DNA of 62,269 nucleotides, the filler included, from Rhabdomonas costata (taxonomy: Eukaryota): the NCBI GenBank assembly GCA_019059605.1. It is 23 parts of 23 records of this genome, joined end to end, with 100 filler letters (N's around TTAATTAATTAA, not from the genome) between each part and the next. Parts side by side here need not be neighbours in the genome. Positions count along the whole stretch, not along the records: positions 35,268 to 37,878 come from JAHMHO010002634.1; positions 37,979 to 40,589 come from JAHMHO010002635.1; positions 40,690 to 43,300 come from JAHMHO010002636.1; positions 43,401 to 46,012 come from JAHMHO010002637.1; positions 46,113 to 48,722 come from JAHMHO010002638.1; 18 more parts are not named here. One strand, written 5' to 3'. The notes under the pieces are model-generated. The model was not told the DNA's origin. It worked only from the letters and a program-made list of their open reading frames with translations, and made no database searches. Within the stretch, counting starts at the first letter, position 1; every line of letters starts with the position of its first letter. The position numbers and the translations under genes were made by a program. Below, one piece after another: positions 35,383 through 47,953 of this stretch.

Positions 35383-36712
35383 GTGCTCAATCTCAAAGAG
35401 GTGTACAAAGATCTCTTTCCAGAGAATCTGACACCATGGTTACTAACGGATTGTCCTGCAGCATTACTTTATTCACTTACCAGAGACAGAGAAATTTCGC
35501 ATCCAAGCTCCACGCATGTACAGATTGGACCCCAGAAAATATTCCCAGTTACAGCGTCAGCTGAATGGCTTGTTAAACCATCAGTACATCATCGGGGATC
35601 CTTTTTGTCCCAAACTCCAACGGGAAGCTGATAATGGTGAATGACCACAGGCACATCAGCTAACCATGTTGGAAAAATAACCCTTTCAACGCATCAACGA
35701 GATGATTGATCAAGTTGGAGATAGATGATTGAAGATTGACCTGCATTCTGGATTCCACCAGATCCATATCCATCCAGAACGCGTGGAGCGGACAGATTCA
35801 AAAGAAATTACTGCATCTCCGCCTACCAGCTCATGCCGTTAGTACTGTGCATGCACCAGCTGCCTTCCAGAAGACGACGAACTTCGTCTTCCAAAAAATG
35901 AGGAAGTCAGCATGAGCCTACATAGACGATGGTATACAAAAAGACTATGGAGGAGTATTTGGCTGAAATGATGCAGGTTTACAACAATGTTCGTTAGGAG
36001 AGTTTCTTCGCAGGACCCTAGAGGTGAACATGGGCGCAGCCAGAGGTCATGTACTGATGTTACATCATCGGGAGAGCTGTAATTAGAAACGAGACAAAGA
36101 AGCTACTCTCCCTCAGACTTTTTCCAGAGCCAGAATATGTCACAGACGTCAGGAGCTTCTTGGGACTCTGTGGGTCTATCAGAGGTTTGTGGAAGACCAC
36201 GCCACTGTTGCAGCGCCATTTACAGACCTGATGCATAAGGGCCGCAACTGGACGTGGTTGTCCAAAAAGCAGCAATGTTCTGAGTTGATGAAGTCGCGTC
36301 TTCCCCAAGCAACAATTATCATTCCACCCGACATGCAGAAGCTCTTTCTCTTACACACAGACGCGTCAGACGTGGTCACTGTGGCACGCTGAAGCAGTTA
36401 GATTTGGAGTGCGTGCCAAGGCTGGTATTTTACCTCTCGAAGAAGCTAAAGAATGCAGAAGAATTAACCAGTGCATGAAAATAATATGGTAGCCTTGGTT
36501 TACGCGCTGGAGGATTTCTGGCACTATTTACTATTCTCAGAAATCCAAATCTACACGGATAACTTATTATCTCTGATGTACCTCCAAAACTCATCTAGTC
36601 CTTCATAGCGTCATGTGAGATGGCTCAAAACGCTGCAGTTGTTCATACTGATGAATATCGCTCATGTCCCTGGCAAAACTAACACTGCAGCTGACGCGTT
36701 GTACCGCATCCC
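35383..36712 (+). mobile_element. Decayed Ty3/gypsy LTR retrotransposon pol (RT and RNase H)
   Basis: Fragments in several frames: KIDLHSGFHQI, APAAFQK, AYIDD (35916-35930), DVRSFLGLCG, AAPFTDL, LHTDASD, YLSKKL, IYTDN, IAHVPGKTNTAADAL. Many stops and frameshifts. Confidence 0.92.
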
Positions 36713-37784
36713 GCTGTTGCGTGACGACAATTACAGTTGTCCGCGCTGTGAAATACCGCTCCGTATCGTGCGTCTGTGTTTTCAGGCTATTTTGTGCATA
36801 CAAATGAAATCACCCCGCTTTGATTGGCTGCTCTGTTCCAGGCGTCGGCGTTATCAGCTTCTGTACATAAGGAAACACCACGTGGATTTGGCCGCTACTT
36901 CCCATCAGTTGGTGACTTCCCTTGCAATCAACTCTGAGTTGGATGATCCGTCTCCAGTTTTTTTCTAAAATAAATATCAGCGTCGTCACGTAAACGTGAT
37001 TTGTGAGGCCGCTCCTCCACATTTGGTTGCCAACGAGGCAACGGAAGCATTCGGTGCAGTGTCACAGAATGATGCTCATCCAACGACCAGAAACGTCTTC
37101 TTCAATTCATGCCTTGCACATTTGGAGCCAATTTCCGATTGTGCTACGTCAATGAAAAATTGGTAATGAAGAAGTACTTTATGGATGACACTGAGACTTC
37201 GAAGGAACACACCTGTTGGCCGGATCTGTGAACATGAACTGAGTGTTGGTTTGGACACTGTTGTACAGCTTACACCGCACGAGCAGGCTTATGAACCCGT
37301 TATTTAACTGAAAGAACAACGGTAATGGAAATTGAACAAGAACTGAAGGTTACACTGGACAATCAAATGCCCCGGATTATCAGCAGCAAGCCTTGGATCG
37401 ATCTCACGATCATTCTGAACTGGATGTGGACCAGAACTTTGAGGAAAGCAACCCGCAATGTGAACACAATGCCGTTTATGATGATGACACATTTGTGGTG
37501 TATTTCAGTGTCTCCATACTGAGAGCGTCAGGAAGCGATATAACCTTCCAACAAGATGGTGCGTTTCTATTTGGAGGTAATTGTGCTTCATCTACCACCA
37601 TATCAACCATAAGTGGTTGCCCACTTCCAGTGCGTGAGCAATGCATGTGATTGGTACTGTCCAGCGACTACGCGCCGCTAGTACAGTCCAATTCCAGTTG
37701 TGTAGTTGAGCGGTTTGACTGAGCATGACGTTACACTCTCATAAAAATTGCACAGAAACCGGATTTCAGCTTTGGAATTGATGA

Positions 37785-37869
37785 GAATGTGATGCTGTTC
37801 CACAGTGTGTATGAAAATGTGTCCTCAGTGGATACTTTTTCATACACACTGTGGAACAGCATCACATTC
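37785..37869. repeat. Perfect 33-bp inverted repeat (hairpin) at contig end
   Basis: GAATGTGATGCTGTTCCACAGTGTGTATGAAAA (37785-37817) is the exact reverse complement of 37837-37869. The 19-nt spacer also partly pairs. Confidence 0.95.
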
Positions 37870-38016
37870 CCAACAACCNNNNNNNNNNNNNNNNNNNNNN
37901 NNNNNNNNNNNNNNNNNNNNNNTTAATTAATTAANNNNNNNNNNNNNNNNNNNNNNNNNNNNNNNNNNNNNNNNNNNNGATGCTTTTTCCGAGTGCATTA
38001 TAACCCCTTGTCACAG

Positions 38017-40352
38017 GTGCTGTTTTCTCGGCGCTGCCTGGCTTACCTCCTGCTTGAGGACCTGGAGTCCGCGATGCGGGACGCTCATCGCGTTCTGGAG
38101 CTTGCTCCGGACTGGCACAAGGGGTCCGCTTCTGTGAGCGCGCCAGACACACGCACACACATATCGAAACGGTGAGCACAGCCAATCTGCTTTTTCTTTG
38201 GAGAGGCGGCACCAGTAACCAATCACCAACACCCCATTTCTGCCTCCCACAGATACTACTGCAAGGCGGAGGTTCTGCGCAAGGGGCAGAACCTGATCGG
38301 GGCACTGAGCTGCTGCAAAAAGGGGTTCGGAACGCCTCCCCTCCCTCCGTTCAGTGGACACCATTTTTTGGCCAACACAGAAGCGACTGAATGAAAATAT
38401 CTCTCCCACACTTTGAGAGGGAGTGACCTCGCAAGTTTGGAAGACTAGGCGTCAAACTGTTCCGTGCATTTCAAAGTTCTACTTTCTCAAACGCTTATCC
38501 ATATTGTTAGACCAACCTGTCATTTTCTTGAGAGTCATTCTTCCCAACTTTCATTGTTGCATTGCTTGTGTGTTTTGTTGAACTTCACTTCCATCCGATC
38601 TGCAGCCTTGAGCGCTCGTCGGGGGATGCCGACCTGACCGCCCAGCTCGCCCGCCTGACCTCCGAGGCAGAGGATGAGGTTTGTGGTTTTCACAGTCGTG
38701 TGGAGTTTGGAAATGTGGGTTGCAGGTTGTGCAAGGGCCACCCATACCTAGGATCCCAGCCAGCGCGTGGTTAGAGGTGCGCGTCTGAGGCTGCACCGCT
38801 TAATTCTCTAGCCTGCGAACTGTGTGCCAGGCTTGGAGAGCCTGGCTCTCTTTTCTCTATGGGCAATGGTTTTAAGAACTTTTTCTCTGCATTTCCATTT
38901 TCTTGTGTGTCTCAGATGGAGTCCCTGAAGGAGGAGGGCAATAAGGCCTTCCAGGCCGCGGACTACACCACCGCCATTGCGCGGTATACCAAGGCGCTGC
39001 AGCTGCACCCCGACCACCACGTGCTGCACAGCAACCGCTCCGCATGCTACTGCAGCCTGAAGGACTACGAGAAGGCTCTCAAGGTGCGATAAAGCCTCTT
39101 TGTGTGCATGCTATGATCGACTATATTTTGAGTGCGTTGAGTGAAGTGAGTATTTTGAGGAAGTTCCGGGGTTGGGGTACCGGTTTCCTCTGGTAACCGT
39201 AACCAGTGGAGGCAGAAATCGGGATAAACCCTTTCGCTAAGTTAAAGTAGAAATGGTCAAGTAAAACATACCAGCACCCTCGAAATGACTTCATTTTTGT
39301 GTTGCGGGTATGTGTGGGGTTAGGTTATCTTTGCCAGTACCCCCAGGTGATGGTTTGGCATCTTCAACTATTGCTGGCTAAGGACTCGCCAATGGCTGGG
39401 ATATGGGCGAAGGAGTGTGTCAGCATTAGTTTTGGGGCGAAGGCCAGTCCGCAAAGCTGCCGGAGCAGGCGGCTGTGGTGGGGACGTAACCTGGGGGGCC
39501 TTCAACGAAATTTTGAAATATGCTCCCGTAGAAGAAACCAGTGGTAACCTGACTGCTGGTAACAGATACCGGTGGTAACCGTTACCCCTCCCCCCCTTCA
39601 ACTCCATTGCACCCGCCAAGGCGCTGTGCATTTGTTTGTGGAGATGCGTGGCGTGCTGTCGTTGTTGCTGCGTATCAGGACGCGAACCGGTGTCTGAAGA
39701 TTAACCCAGACTTTGCAAAGGGCTACTCCCGCAAGGCTGCTGCCCTGCTGGGGCTGGGACAGAAGCAGGAGGCCATGCAGGCCTACCGCAAGGGTCTGAC
39801 TGTGGAGCCCGGCAACCCCACCATGAAGGCCGCCCTGGAGGAGCTCGAGCTTGAGGTGCGACCCTCCCCTGCTTCCGTTTGCTGCCCAACCGCCCAATGG
39901 TTCGTGCGAGGCGGGTTTTGGAAGGAAGCAAATTTGCAAGGCGTCCCGATTACTAGCATGAGAGAGTGGGAAACCTGCAAACCAGGCACATTGCAGTGGG
40001 AGGGCCAGACAAGTGGGAGGGGGAGCGCAAATGACCCGTATTTATGGAAACGCCTAAAGTGATGTTTTAGTCCCGCAGTGCAAGCGGAAAGAGGGGAGCG
40101 GGAGAGGGAGGAGCTTCGGTGGTTTATTTTAGCGACACAAGGCAGTTCACCACCGCTTCCAATGGTGATGCAGTCAGGGAAGAGGTGCAGTGTCTGGATT
40201 CACAGTGCCAAGGGTGAAGGTTGGAGCATCATTCCAAGAAGTGAGCAAACAACGCTCAACGAGGGTGTGGGGGGTCGAGGACACGGGGAGGCGCACCACG
40301 ATTTTCGGCTGGCTCTGCAGCTGAAGCAGCTGGCCGTTCTTCTGCGCGAGCT
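38017..40352 (+). CDS. STI1/HOP-like tetratricopeptide repeat protein (partial, 6 exons)
   Basis: Exons 38017-38123, 38253-38324, 38606-38678, 38916-39083, 39679-39855 and 40321-40352, all GT-AG and in phase. LKEEGNKAF...YTKAL...HVLHSNRSACY...DANRCLKINPDFAKGYSRKAAAL is a carboxylate-clamp TPR, preceded by a divergent TPR domain (APDWHKGYYCKA). Confidence 0.9.
39174..39588. mobile_element. Candidate MITE with imperfect ~33-bp terminal inverted repeats inside an intron
   Basis: Left end GGGGTACCGGTTTCCTCTGGTAACCGTAACCAG versus reverse complement of right end GGGGTAACGGTTACCACCGGTATCTGTTACCAG: 26/33 identical. GGTAAC sub-repeats near the ends; no clear target-site duplication. Confidence 0.5.
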
Positions 40353-40689
40353 GTGAGAAAGGGGTTGGCAGCTGAACGGTTTGAGTGGTTGGAAGATAAA
40401 AGCAAGGCGATATCCACCACTTCCGTCGGATGCAAAACCAACGCGTGTGCGTGTGTGCTTCGCGTGTGCATCCATTCCAAAGTCAACTGTGCAAACAAGT
40501 GAACTCGTGTCGTGTAAACGATGATGATGGGCGAACTTTGGAGTGGACTCTCTTGGGTTGAACAACGCAAAGAATTCCCAAAAACACCCNNNNNNNNNNN
40601 NNNNNNNNNNNNNNNNNNNNNNNNNNNNNNNNNTTAATTAATTAANNNNNNNNNNNNNNNNNNNNNNNNNNNNNNNNNNNNNNNNNNNN

Positions 40690-41208
40690 GTTGTTGAGGA
40701 ACAAGCCGTACTTGCAATTCTTCCCCGGAAACCCAAGCACCGTGTTGTAGCAGATGGGCTCCGATAGGTTGAAGAACGCTATCTGGTGAGCCCCGGTCGC
40801 GAGAGTCATCCCTTTGTTAGGAGGCCAGTAGATGTTCGTCGAGTAGAAGATGTCCGCAGCGCTCATCTGGTCCGACACCGTTTTCGGTCCCCACAGCGTG
40901 TACGCGTTCAGGAAGTTGTCTAGACGGATGCCCTGCCGCTGGAAGTACAGCGCCTCCGCCAGGTTGATCGCGTGCCCTTGCTGCACCTTGTCCACGATCT
41001 TCGTGCCCACCGTTTGAATGGCTTGCTCCATATCGACCTCGGTGATCTCCAGCAGGCTGGTGCGGCTCTGCTGGTAAGTAAGGTAGTAGCCGATGAACCC
41101 CGAGATGACCATCAGCACGATGAAAGAGAGGGCCAGAAGCACCCTCAGCGAGAGCAGTTGGCGAAGTTTTGCCCTACAGGCTTTCCCACAGCGTCCATTG
41201 CAAGCCAT
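40690..41208 (-). CDS. N-terminus of a membrane sensor/receptor (TM anchor plus extracellular Cache-like region), partial
   Basis: ATG at 41208. LSLRVLLALSFIVLMVISGFIGYYLTY TM helix followed by a long amphipathic helix (SRTSLLEITEVDMEQAIQTV). GC3-rich and open to the contig end. Confidence 0.7.
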
Positions 41209-44200
41209 GATCACAAACCCAAGACACACACACACACACACTCGGTGCACTTGGACACACACACAGCAAACGAAAGCGGAAAAACAAACGTCAGCGAATG
41301 CAACTCAAAGTGGACTACAAGGCCACAAATCACAAGGAAAAGTTTCGTTTCTCTGACTTACGGAGAACAACCCCAGTGGGCAAAATATACAGGATCATGC
41401 TAACAACCCAAATCAACCCAAACCTGACAACCCAAACCCAGCCGCTTATTGGCATACAAACCCAAAATCTTTGAGGAGCAACGCTAGCAGGTTTAAATGA
41501 ATCTGAAGGTGTGGCCACGCACACCAGATTGTCACTCCCTTACTTGCATTCCTGGCACAGTAGACGAGCTAGAAGCAACACAAACCACGCCTGGTTCTTT
41601 TTCTTCACTGTGGTGGGAAAAGGAAACGTCCCCGACAAAAGTCAACACAAACGTATTGTACAAGGAAAAAGAAGAAGAGAAGCGCGGCAAGTCCCGCAGC
41701 CAGAGGACAGAATAACTGTGTACAAAGAAAAAACTCAGCTTTCATTCCTAGTGTCTTCCGCATGTACTCCTCCGATGCCCTTCAAGTATATACACGTATG
41801 CAAGGAAACATACCGGTCAAAGTACACGCACAAGTTCGCTAGCATACCACACTCGCAGACGCAAGCGCTCTATCAATCAATCGCTCACAGGCACACTCCT
41901 AAACTGACACCTATCAGATTCACAGGTGAGAAATCGTAGGTATTCCCGACCCCAAACAAAAACGGCCATGCAAGCATTTCCACCCGCCACCCCAGCTCCC
42001 GTCTAGTCTCCAACGTTGGACATGACGACCTCCTATTCCCAAAAAAAGAAAATGATAAGTTCGCTTCGCGATCTGCAGAAATTCTGTTTTTACTGAACGG
42101 ACCAACTGGTGCGCGTGGACAAAAGATGGGCAAATCCTCATCAGTTGCCACTTTCGCTGCGGGCTGGAGAGAATATAGAAGGCCAAAGAAAGAGAGTGAG
42201 CATGAGACAGAGCGTACCCCGAAAGAAAGCGATAGAGCGCATTACGACAAGACAGGTGAAAGGCTGAGGCTGGGGGGGGGGTGTCCATGCTAATTCACAT
42301 ACTAATGACCTTCGTAAACCACTCACCACGGTTTCAGCACAGACATCAAATTAGAGAGGGAAGGAGGCTTGAGGTGGGGGCAGAAGGAATGCTGGAAACC
42401 TAGCTGCCTCTCTGCTGTGCGCAAGCTGCAACAAGACCTCCGGATCCCTCCCCTATTCTTATCCTCTCAATGACAACAACAACAAAAACGTCTCACTTTC
42501 TCTTGCGGGGTAAAGCTCTCCAGAAGAAGACAAAGACCAAACAGAGCCCACAAACCACCCACCATAACCCTGAGGCGCCCATCTCTCACACGCACCTAAA
42601 CCAAAGCCGAACCAAAAACCAAAGTTGAACCAAAATCAGGAGGGGTAGATTTTCCTCAAGAGGCGCCATGTCGAATACTTCGATGCCCACAGGGGAGACA
42701 GACACACACCCGCTAATAAAATCTCCGCAAAGAAGTGATGTCATCAGAAGCCTAGGCGGAATCGGGAAGACAAAGATGTGTGTCCCAGGAGTGCGGTGCT
42801 GGCACGGGACGGCCTGCACGTACCAACGGTGTCCGTTCATCCAGAGAAAAAACGGAGAAGAACATCGAGCACCCCATGAAATCATAGCCGTTATGTAACC
42901 ACCAATCACCAATGTGAATCGAGACTACCCACAGCCGCACCTGATCGAAGAATCAAGGCAGCTCCAAGACAGCAGCACAGCAGGTGCATCCCAAATTTCT
43001 TCTGACCTTAAATTGATCGCCCTGAGTATATAGTGGTCATATACAGCGCAAGGCAAAAAAAATGACTCAGTGCAGGCAGCAAAATGACTGTAGACCTTTC
43101 AGGTTTGTCTTGTGTCTGCAACTTCGTCGGTGTTTTTAACCGCCTTTTATGCATTAGCAATACCTTCAGGGGTGTATTTAAGATGAGTTCCGTTTTTGTT
43201 AGCCCAGCAAGATTCAAGACCCCCAAAAGACCCCCACACAATGGCCCTGACAAACGGCCGCCAGGGCAGCTACAACTTGAAACATTCCGGCCCACAACAA
43301 NNNNNNNNNNNNNNNNNNNNNNNNNNNNNNNNNNNNNNNNNNNNTTAATTAATTAANNNNNNNNNNNNNNNNNNNNNNNNNNNNNNNNNNNNNNNNNNNN
43401 GTGTGGGGTGTTCCTCCCCTGGCTGCGGCTGCGGCGCTGCAGGGGCACGGCCACGGCTACGACTACCTGGGCGGGGGACTGCGGCAGTCCCTGGACGTGT
43501 AAGCCCGGCACCCCCCTCTTGGCGCGGCAGCCGCGGCGCCACTCGGGCGCAAGAGGAGAGAGGGATAGGATCACTCCTGAAGGGGGAAAACCGAAGGGCT
43601 TTTCTTATAATTTGGGGGGCTGTGTTTAGAGAGACAGGGAGTGCGAGCGAGTACCTGGAGTGCCATGGGTGCTTCGGGCCAGTATTTCGGTGTGTGTTTG
43701 TATTCGGTGTTCGTCCTTTAGTGATTGCCAGTGTTTGCGTGTGAGGGTCGTTGATCGGCTCCCAGTACGGCGAGGTCTGCGTGGCGTGAAGCACAGCTAC
43801 AATTCTGGAGGAAAGTCATCAGGGAGGAGTATGTTGACGAGTATTCCTGAACACCTCCCCGTTCCATCCCATCACAGACGGTTCACGCCACAACGCTCGT
43901 GGCGGCAGGCATTCCAGTTGCCTGTCTTTGTGTTTATTTTACCCATTCGGTGCCTTTTGCGTAAACGCTCATGGGCACGCCGCGGAAACGGATTCTTCCC
44001 GCAGGAGGGTGGGTCTCCGTCGGAGCGTTTTCGTTCGCCATGAAGGTCGGTTGTGTGTGTGTGTGTGTGTGTGCTTCGTTTCGGAGATTTTGGGGCCCAG
44101 CCTTTTCCCCCTTCCGCACTCCGGACCTGGCTTTGTATGGCTTACTCTACAGGTTGGGCAGAAGGGGCGGCGAATTGCGGGGAGAGAGGCTTGGTGCTAT

Positions 44201-45060
44201 CCCAGGTGCATGCATCGGAGTATCTCGTTCTTTTTCTTTTGAGTTTGTGTGCGCGAGGGTCGTTTTTCTGCTTCTATTTCTCGGTCTGCGTGGCGGTCGT
44301 CCGTAGACTTGCCGGGCATCTTCTGCCGAAGCGGGGCTGATTTGCACAACAGCCTGGCCTCGTGTTCAGGGTCGAGGTCACATCAGGGCGAGGCAAAGTG
44401 TCTGTTCCGATCGTATCTCAATCCGCTCCAGCTTTCTGTGAGGGAAAGAGCGGAGCACGGTGTGCCACTCATCTTGCAATCCGTAGGCATGCTTTCCTTC
44501 CAGGAACAACGGCCTATTCTTATCCTCACGGTAACCTATGAAACTATCGGGTGATGAGGTGCCGTGCCCACCATAGGCGGTGGCGGGTTGATGGGTCCAA
44601 CCACACACAAGAGCGGATTCCAAGAGAGGGAGTAGCCTGATTTCTGGCTGGATGTCATTCGGAAAAGTCGAGCAGCCACAAAGCGTTGCGTGGGTTTGGA
44701 AGCACGAAGACTGCCATCTTCTTTCCGAGCAAGGCCCTTCAAGCACACCACATAACGTCGGGCGGTGTTGCTTGTGAGTGAGAACTCCCCCCTCCTCGCC
44801 GCCGCCCCTCGCTGTTACGAGGCGGCGCAGTAGATTCAGATGACCAAAAATCGAAAATCGTTGGCTGGCTCCCCAAGCCCGCCAGGAGGTTTATTAGCAA
44901 ATTAGCACAGGGTTCCCAAAGGCCGCCTCTTTTCCCCGTGCCTGCCTGCTTCCCAGCCCTTCTTTCTCCGGGTTCTCCCTTCCCTATCTTCCCCCCCCCT
45001 TCCGTTGCTTTGTTTTCGGGTGCTGCCCCAAGACAGACAGAAAGAAACCAATAGAGGGAA

Positions 45061-46012
45061 ATGTCCTCCTTCACCACCACTGCTGGGCAGCTGGCGCCTG
45101 GGGAGGGAATCAAGGAGAGCATCTTGGAGTGCGTGGGGCAGACCCCCATGGTGCGTCTGGGGCGAGTGGGGAGCGGGCTGGCGTGTGACTTGGTGGCGAA
45201 GTGCGAGTTCATGAACCCCGGGGGCTCGGTGAAGGACCGGATCGCGCTGCAGATGATTGGGGACGCGGAGCGCTTTGGTGTGTCGGAATGGCGTTGTCCC
45301 GTGGGCGGGTGCTTTCTATCTATACCCCCCGCCCCCCTTCTGGGGTTGAATTTTGCTGTGTGTGTGTGTGTCTGAGTTTTCAAGCAGAGGTGTGTTTTTT
45401 GTGTGGGAAGTGTGAAGTGTGTGTTTGTGTTTGTGTTTTGTGTTCGTGTGTGAACGCGGTGTGGGATGTGCACGTGCAGGACGGATCCACCACGGCGACA
45501 CGATTGTGGAGGCCAGCAGTGGCAACACGGGGATAGGGCTTGCGCTTGTGTCCGCGGCGAAGGGGTACCGCTGCACCATCACTCTGCCGCAGAAGATGTC
45601 CGCGGAGAAGGTTTCCGTGCTGAAGGCCCTGGGGGCGGAGGTGTGTGCATGTGTGAGAGCACCTGTGCGAGGTGATGCTGGAACGGGTGGACTTGCAGGA
45701 CGAGGCCTTGGCACCTTCGGTGGAAGTTGTCCCGGGGGTGGGAGTGGTGGGTGCAGTGCAGGAAGCACCACGGGCATTGCAGACGCACTGTCACTTTCGA
45801 AGAGGATACGGGGAGGCAGGCACCGCTTTTTGTTTCTGCATTTGTTTTTGGCTTTCCCCGATGGGGGCGCCGTTTCATTGTTGGTGGTGGATGGTTGGGT
45901 GGTGGGTGAGTTGGATTTATTTGTTCGCCCTCGCACAGGTTATCCGCACGCCCACGGAGGCTGCGTGGGATGCACCGGAGAGTCACATTGGAGTGGCTCG
46001 GCGGCTGGTCCG
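45061..46012 (+). CDS. CBS: Cystathionine beta-synthase, PLP-dependent, without the N-terminal heme domain (5' part, 3 exons)
   Basis: Exons 45061-45277, 45480-45640 and 45939-46012. [26 protein letters not shown] (PLP lysine), [19 protein letters not shown], and the CBS-type [19 protein letters not shown]. Confidence 0.9.
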
Positions 46013-46163
46013 NNNNNNNNNNNNNNNNNNNNNNNNNNNNNNNNNNNNNNNNNNNNTTAATTAATTAANNNNNNNNNNNNNNNNNNNNNNNNNNNNNNNN
46101 NNNNNNNNNNNNGGTTGGTCGTGATCATCATCCGGCCTTTCTTTTTTCTTTCTTTTATAAAAA

Positions 46164-46197
46164 AACACTGGATTCAATATTGATTGAATCCAGTGTT
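46164..46197. repeat. Perfect 15-bp hairpin with 4-nt loop
   Basis: AACACTGGATTCAAT-ATTG-ATTGAATCCAGTGTT, followed by a further partial TTGAATCCAG copy. Confidence 0.8.
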
Positions 46198-46348
46198 GAA
46201 TCCAGGATTGAATATTATAATGACTACCACTGCCCCCTCTCCCCAAGGCGCTGAGTGTTGAACACCTGAAAGCGGGCCCGGGCGGGTAAAAGAGGGCAGA
46301 AGCAATGAGGAACAGGGCGACATGGGACTGGCGAAAGGTGACGGGCAC

Positions 46349-47953
46349 CTGTCCACCATGTGGTTGAGCTGCCCGTGGGCGTGGTCCCACAGGAAGGTGT
46401 GGGAGGACAGCACCGTGGGCTCGGAGGCCATCTTGCCCGTCAGCAGAAACCCGTAATACTGCCAGGAACAGGATAGCCTTGGCCGCTGCAAACTCTGTGG
46501 GAAATCTCTCCTGTTGGGGGGTAGGGGAGTACGGGATTGCAGCGGGTGAGCGCACAAACCAAACCTCCACACAGATCTTCATGAACTCACGATTTTCTTA
46601 TTTTCCATGAGAGAGAGAGAGCAGCGCCAAGAACCTTCTTCTGCCGGGGGTGTCCCAATTAGAATGTGCCATACGGTTATTGAATAAAACCGGTTAGACT
46701 GTCGTACAGGTTGTGCAGCGACACCCTGGGAAATTTATTGGTAGACAAATGACGACAGCGTAGCTGTAAAACGCTAGAAAATACTGTATCAAGTGGGCTA
46801 TTTCAAATCGGCAGAAATACTGTTGCACTGACGTCAGCAAGAGCATAGGTACTTGTGAGCTTATGAAATGAGACGGCAAGGAATCGGAAAAATGCAGAGA
46901 GGCGAAGAAAGCCCCCCCCCCTTATCTCCTGAAACGACCTATGTGTGCTGAACGAGTTTGAGCGGGACCTGAAAAAACGCAATGCCTTTGCCCGCGTTCA
47001 GGAGAAAGGCCATGTTCGGGCTGCCGAACACCCTGGCCAGCTCCGTGGGGCCACCAAACCTCAATAACGGCGAGGCAGGGGAGAAATACAGGCATGCGAC
47101 CAAGTGCAATTACGGAGAGCTAATGACAACAAAAAAGGGAACTAACCACAGAGAGCGGAAACATCAAAGCAAGTCAAGATAATTCCGCTTCCTGTATTTG
47201 AGCCTGGGCCGCGTGGGGTAGGCGGAGCCCGCTCGATGCAACGGCCCCAAACAGTTCTTTTTCCCGAGGACACACCGCTCCAGGAACCGCTGCTCGAACT
47301 CAGGGCCGGGGTCGGTGGTGTACGCCAGCACCGGGGCCACAGGCTTACCCTCCGAGTCCACACAAGCAAAGCAGCACGCATGGGTGGACACAGCCACTGC
47401 AGCGATGGGGAACCGCGAGGCAAAGTATTCCAGCTGGCCCAAAAACCACTCTGCGGTGGCCCCGGCCTGCTCGACGTAGGGGGCCAGACTCGTCTGCGGG
47501 AAAGCTGGCGACCTGCGAGGCAAGCACCTTCAGCGAGGAGTCGAAGATCAGCACCTTGGCGCACGGGCATGAGTGAGAGGTGGGAGGCCTGTTCCCAAGG
47601 GTTTTAGGTACGGCACAAAAACGACCTGCTCTCGGACAAACACGCGCCTTTTCAGCGCACAAATCATGTTATTCACTGCGAGTTATTGTTATTTGTTGTC
47701 GGCATGGTTGCACCGACAACGAGTAGGATATGCCCAATTAATCAACAAAGTTTTGCTGCAGGGTAAAATGGGACATCAGAAATGCACGCTTTCAGTTTCC
47801 ACCAGAAGCTCACACCCCTGTCACAACAATGTAAGTTCTGGTCTGTGCTTGTGTCACGAGATGGGGCTCCTTCGCAGACCAAAAGAAGGGCAAGAAGACC
47901 TTTTTGTTCGTCTTTCCAACGTCAAACACCGCGATGCAGTCACCAGAAGACAT
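46349..47953 (-). CDS. FGGY-family carbohydrate kinase of bacterial type (5' part, 4 exons, two apparent frameshifts; possibly a pseudogene)
   Basis: Exons 47953-47900, 47554-47276, 47059-46969 and 46510-46349. IAVFDVGKTNKK|VLIFD, IAAVAVSTHACCFACVD, LNAGKG...RFPTEF, QYYGFLLTG...SEPT...HTFLWD. Frame changes are needed at ~47479-47483 and ~46462. Confidence 0.8.

Noticed and set aside
43401..43502. Possible 3' end of a gene upstream of CBS (AAAAALQGHGHGYDYLGGGLRQSLDV-stop)
   Set aside because: Too short, and truncated by the contig edge.
45061..47953. CBS and FGGY kinase as a metabolic gene cluster
   Set aside because: They lie on different contigs separated by an artificial spacer.
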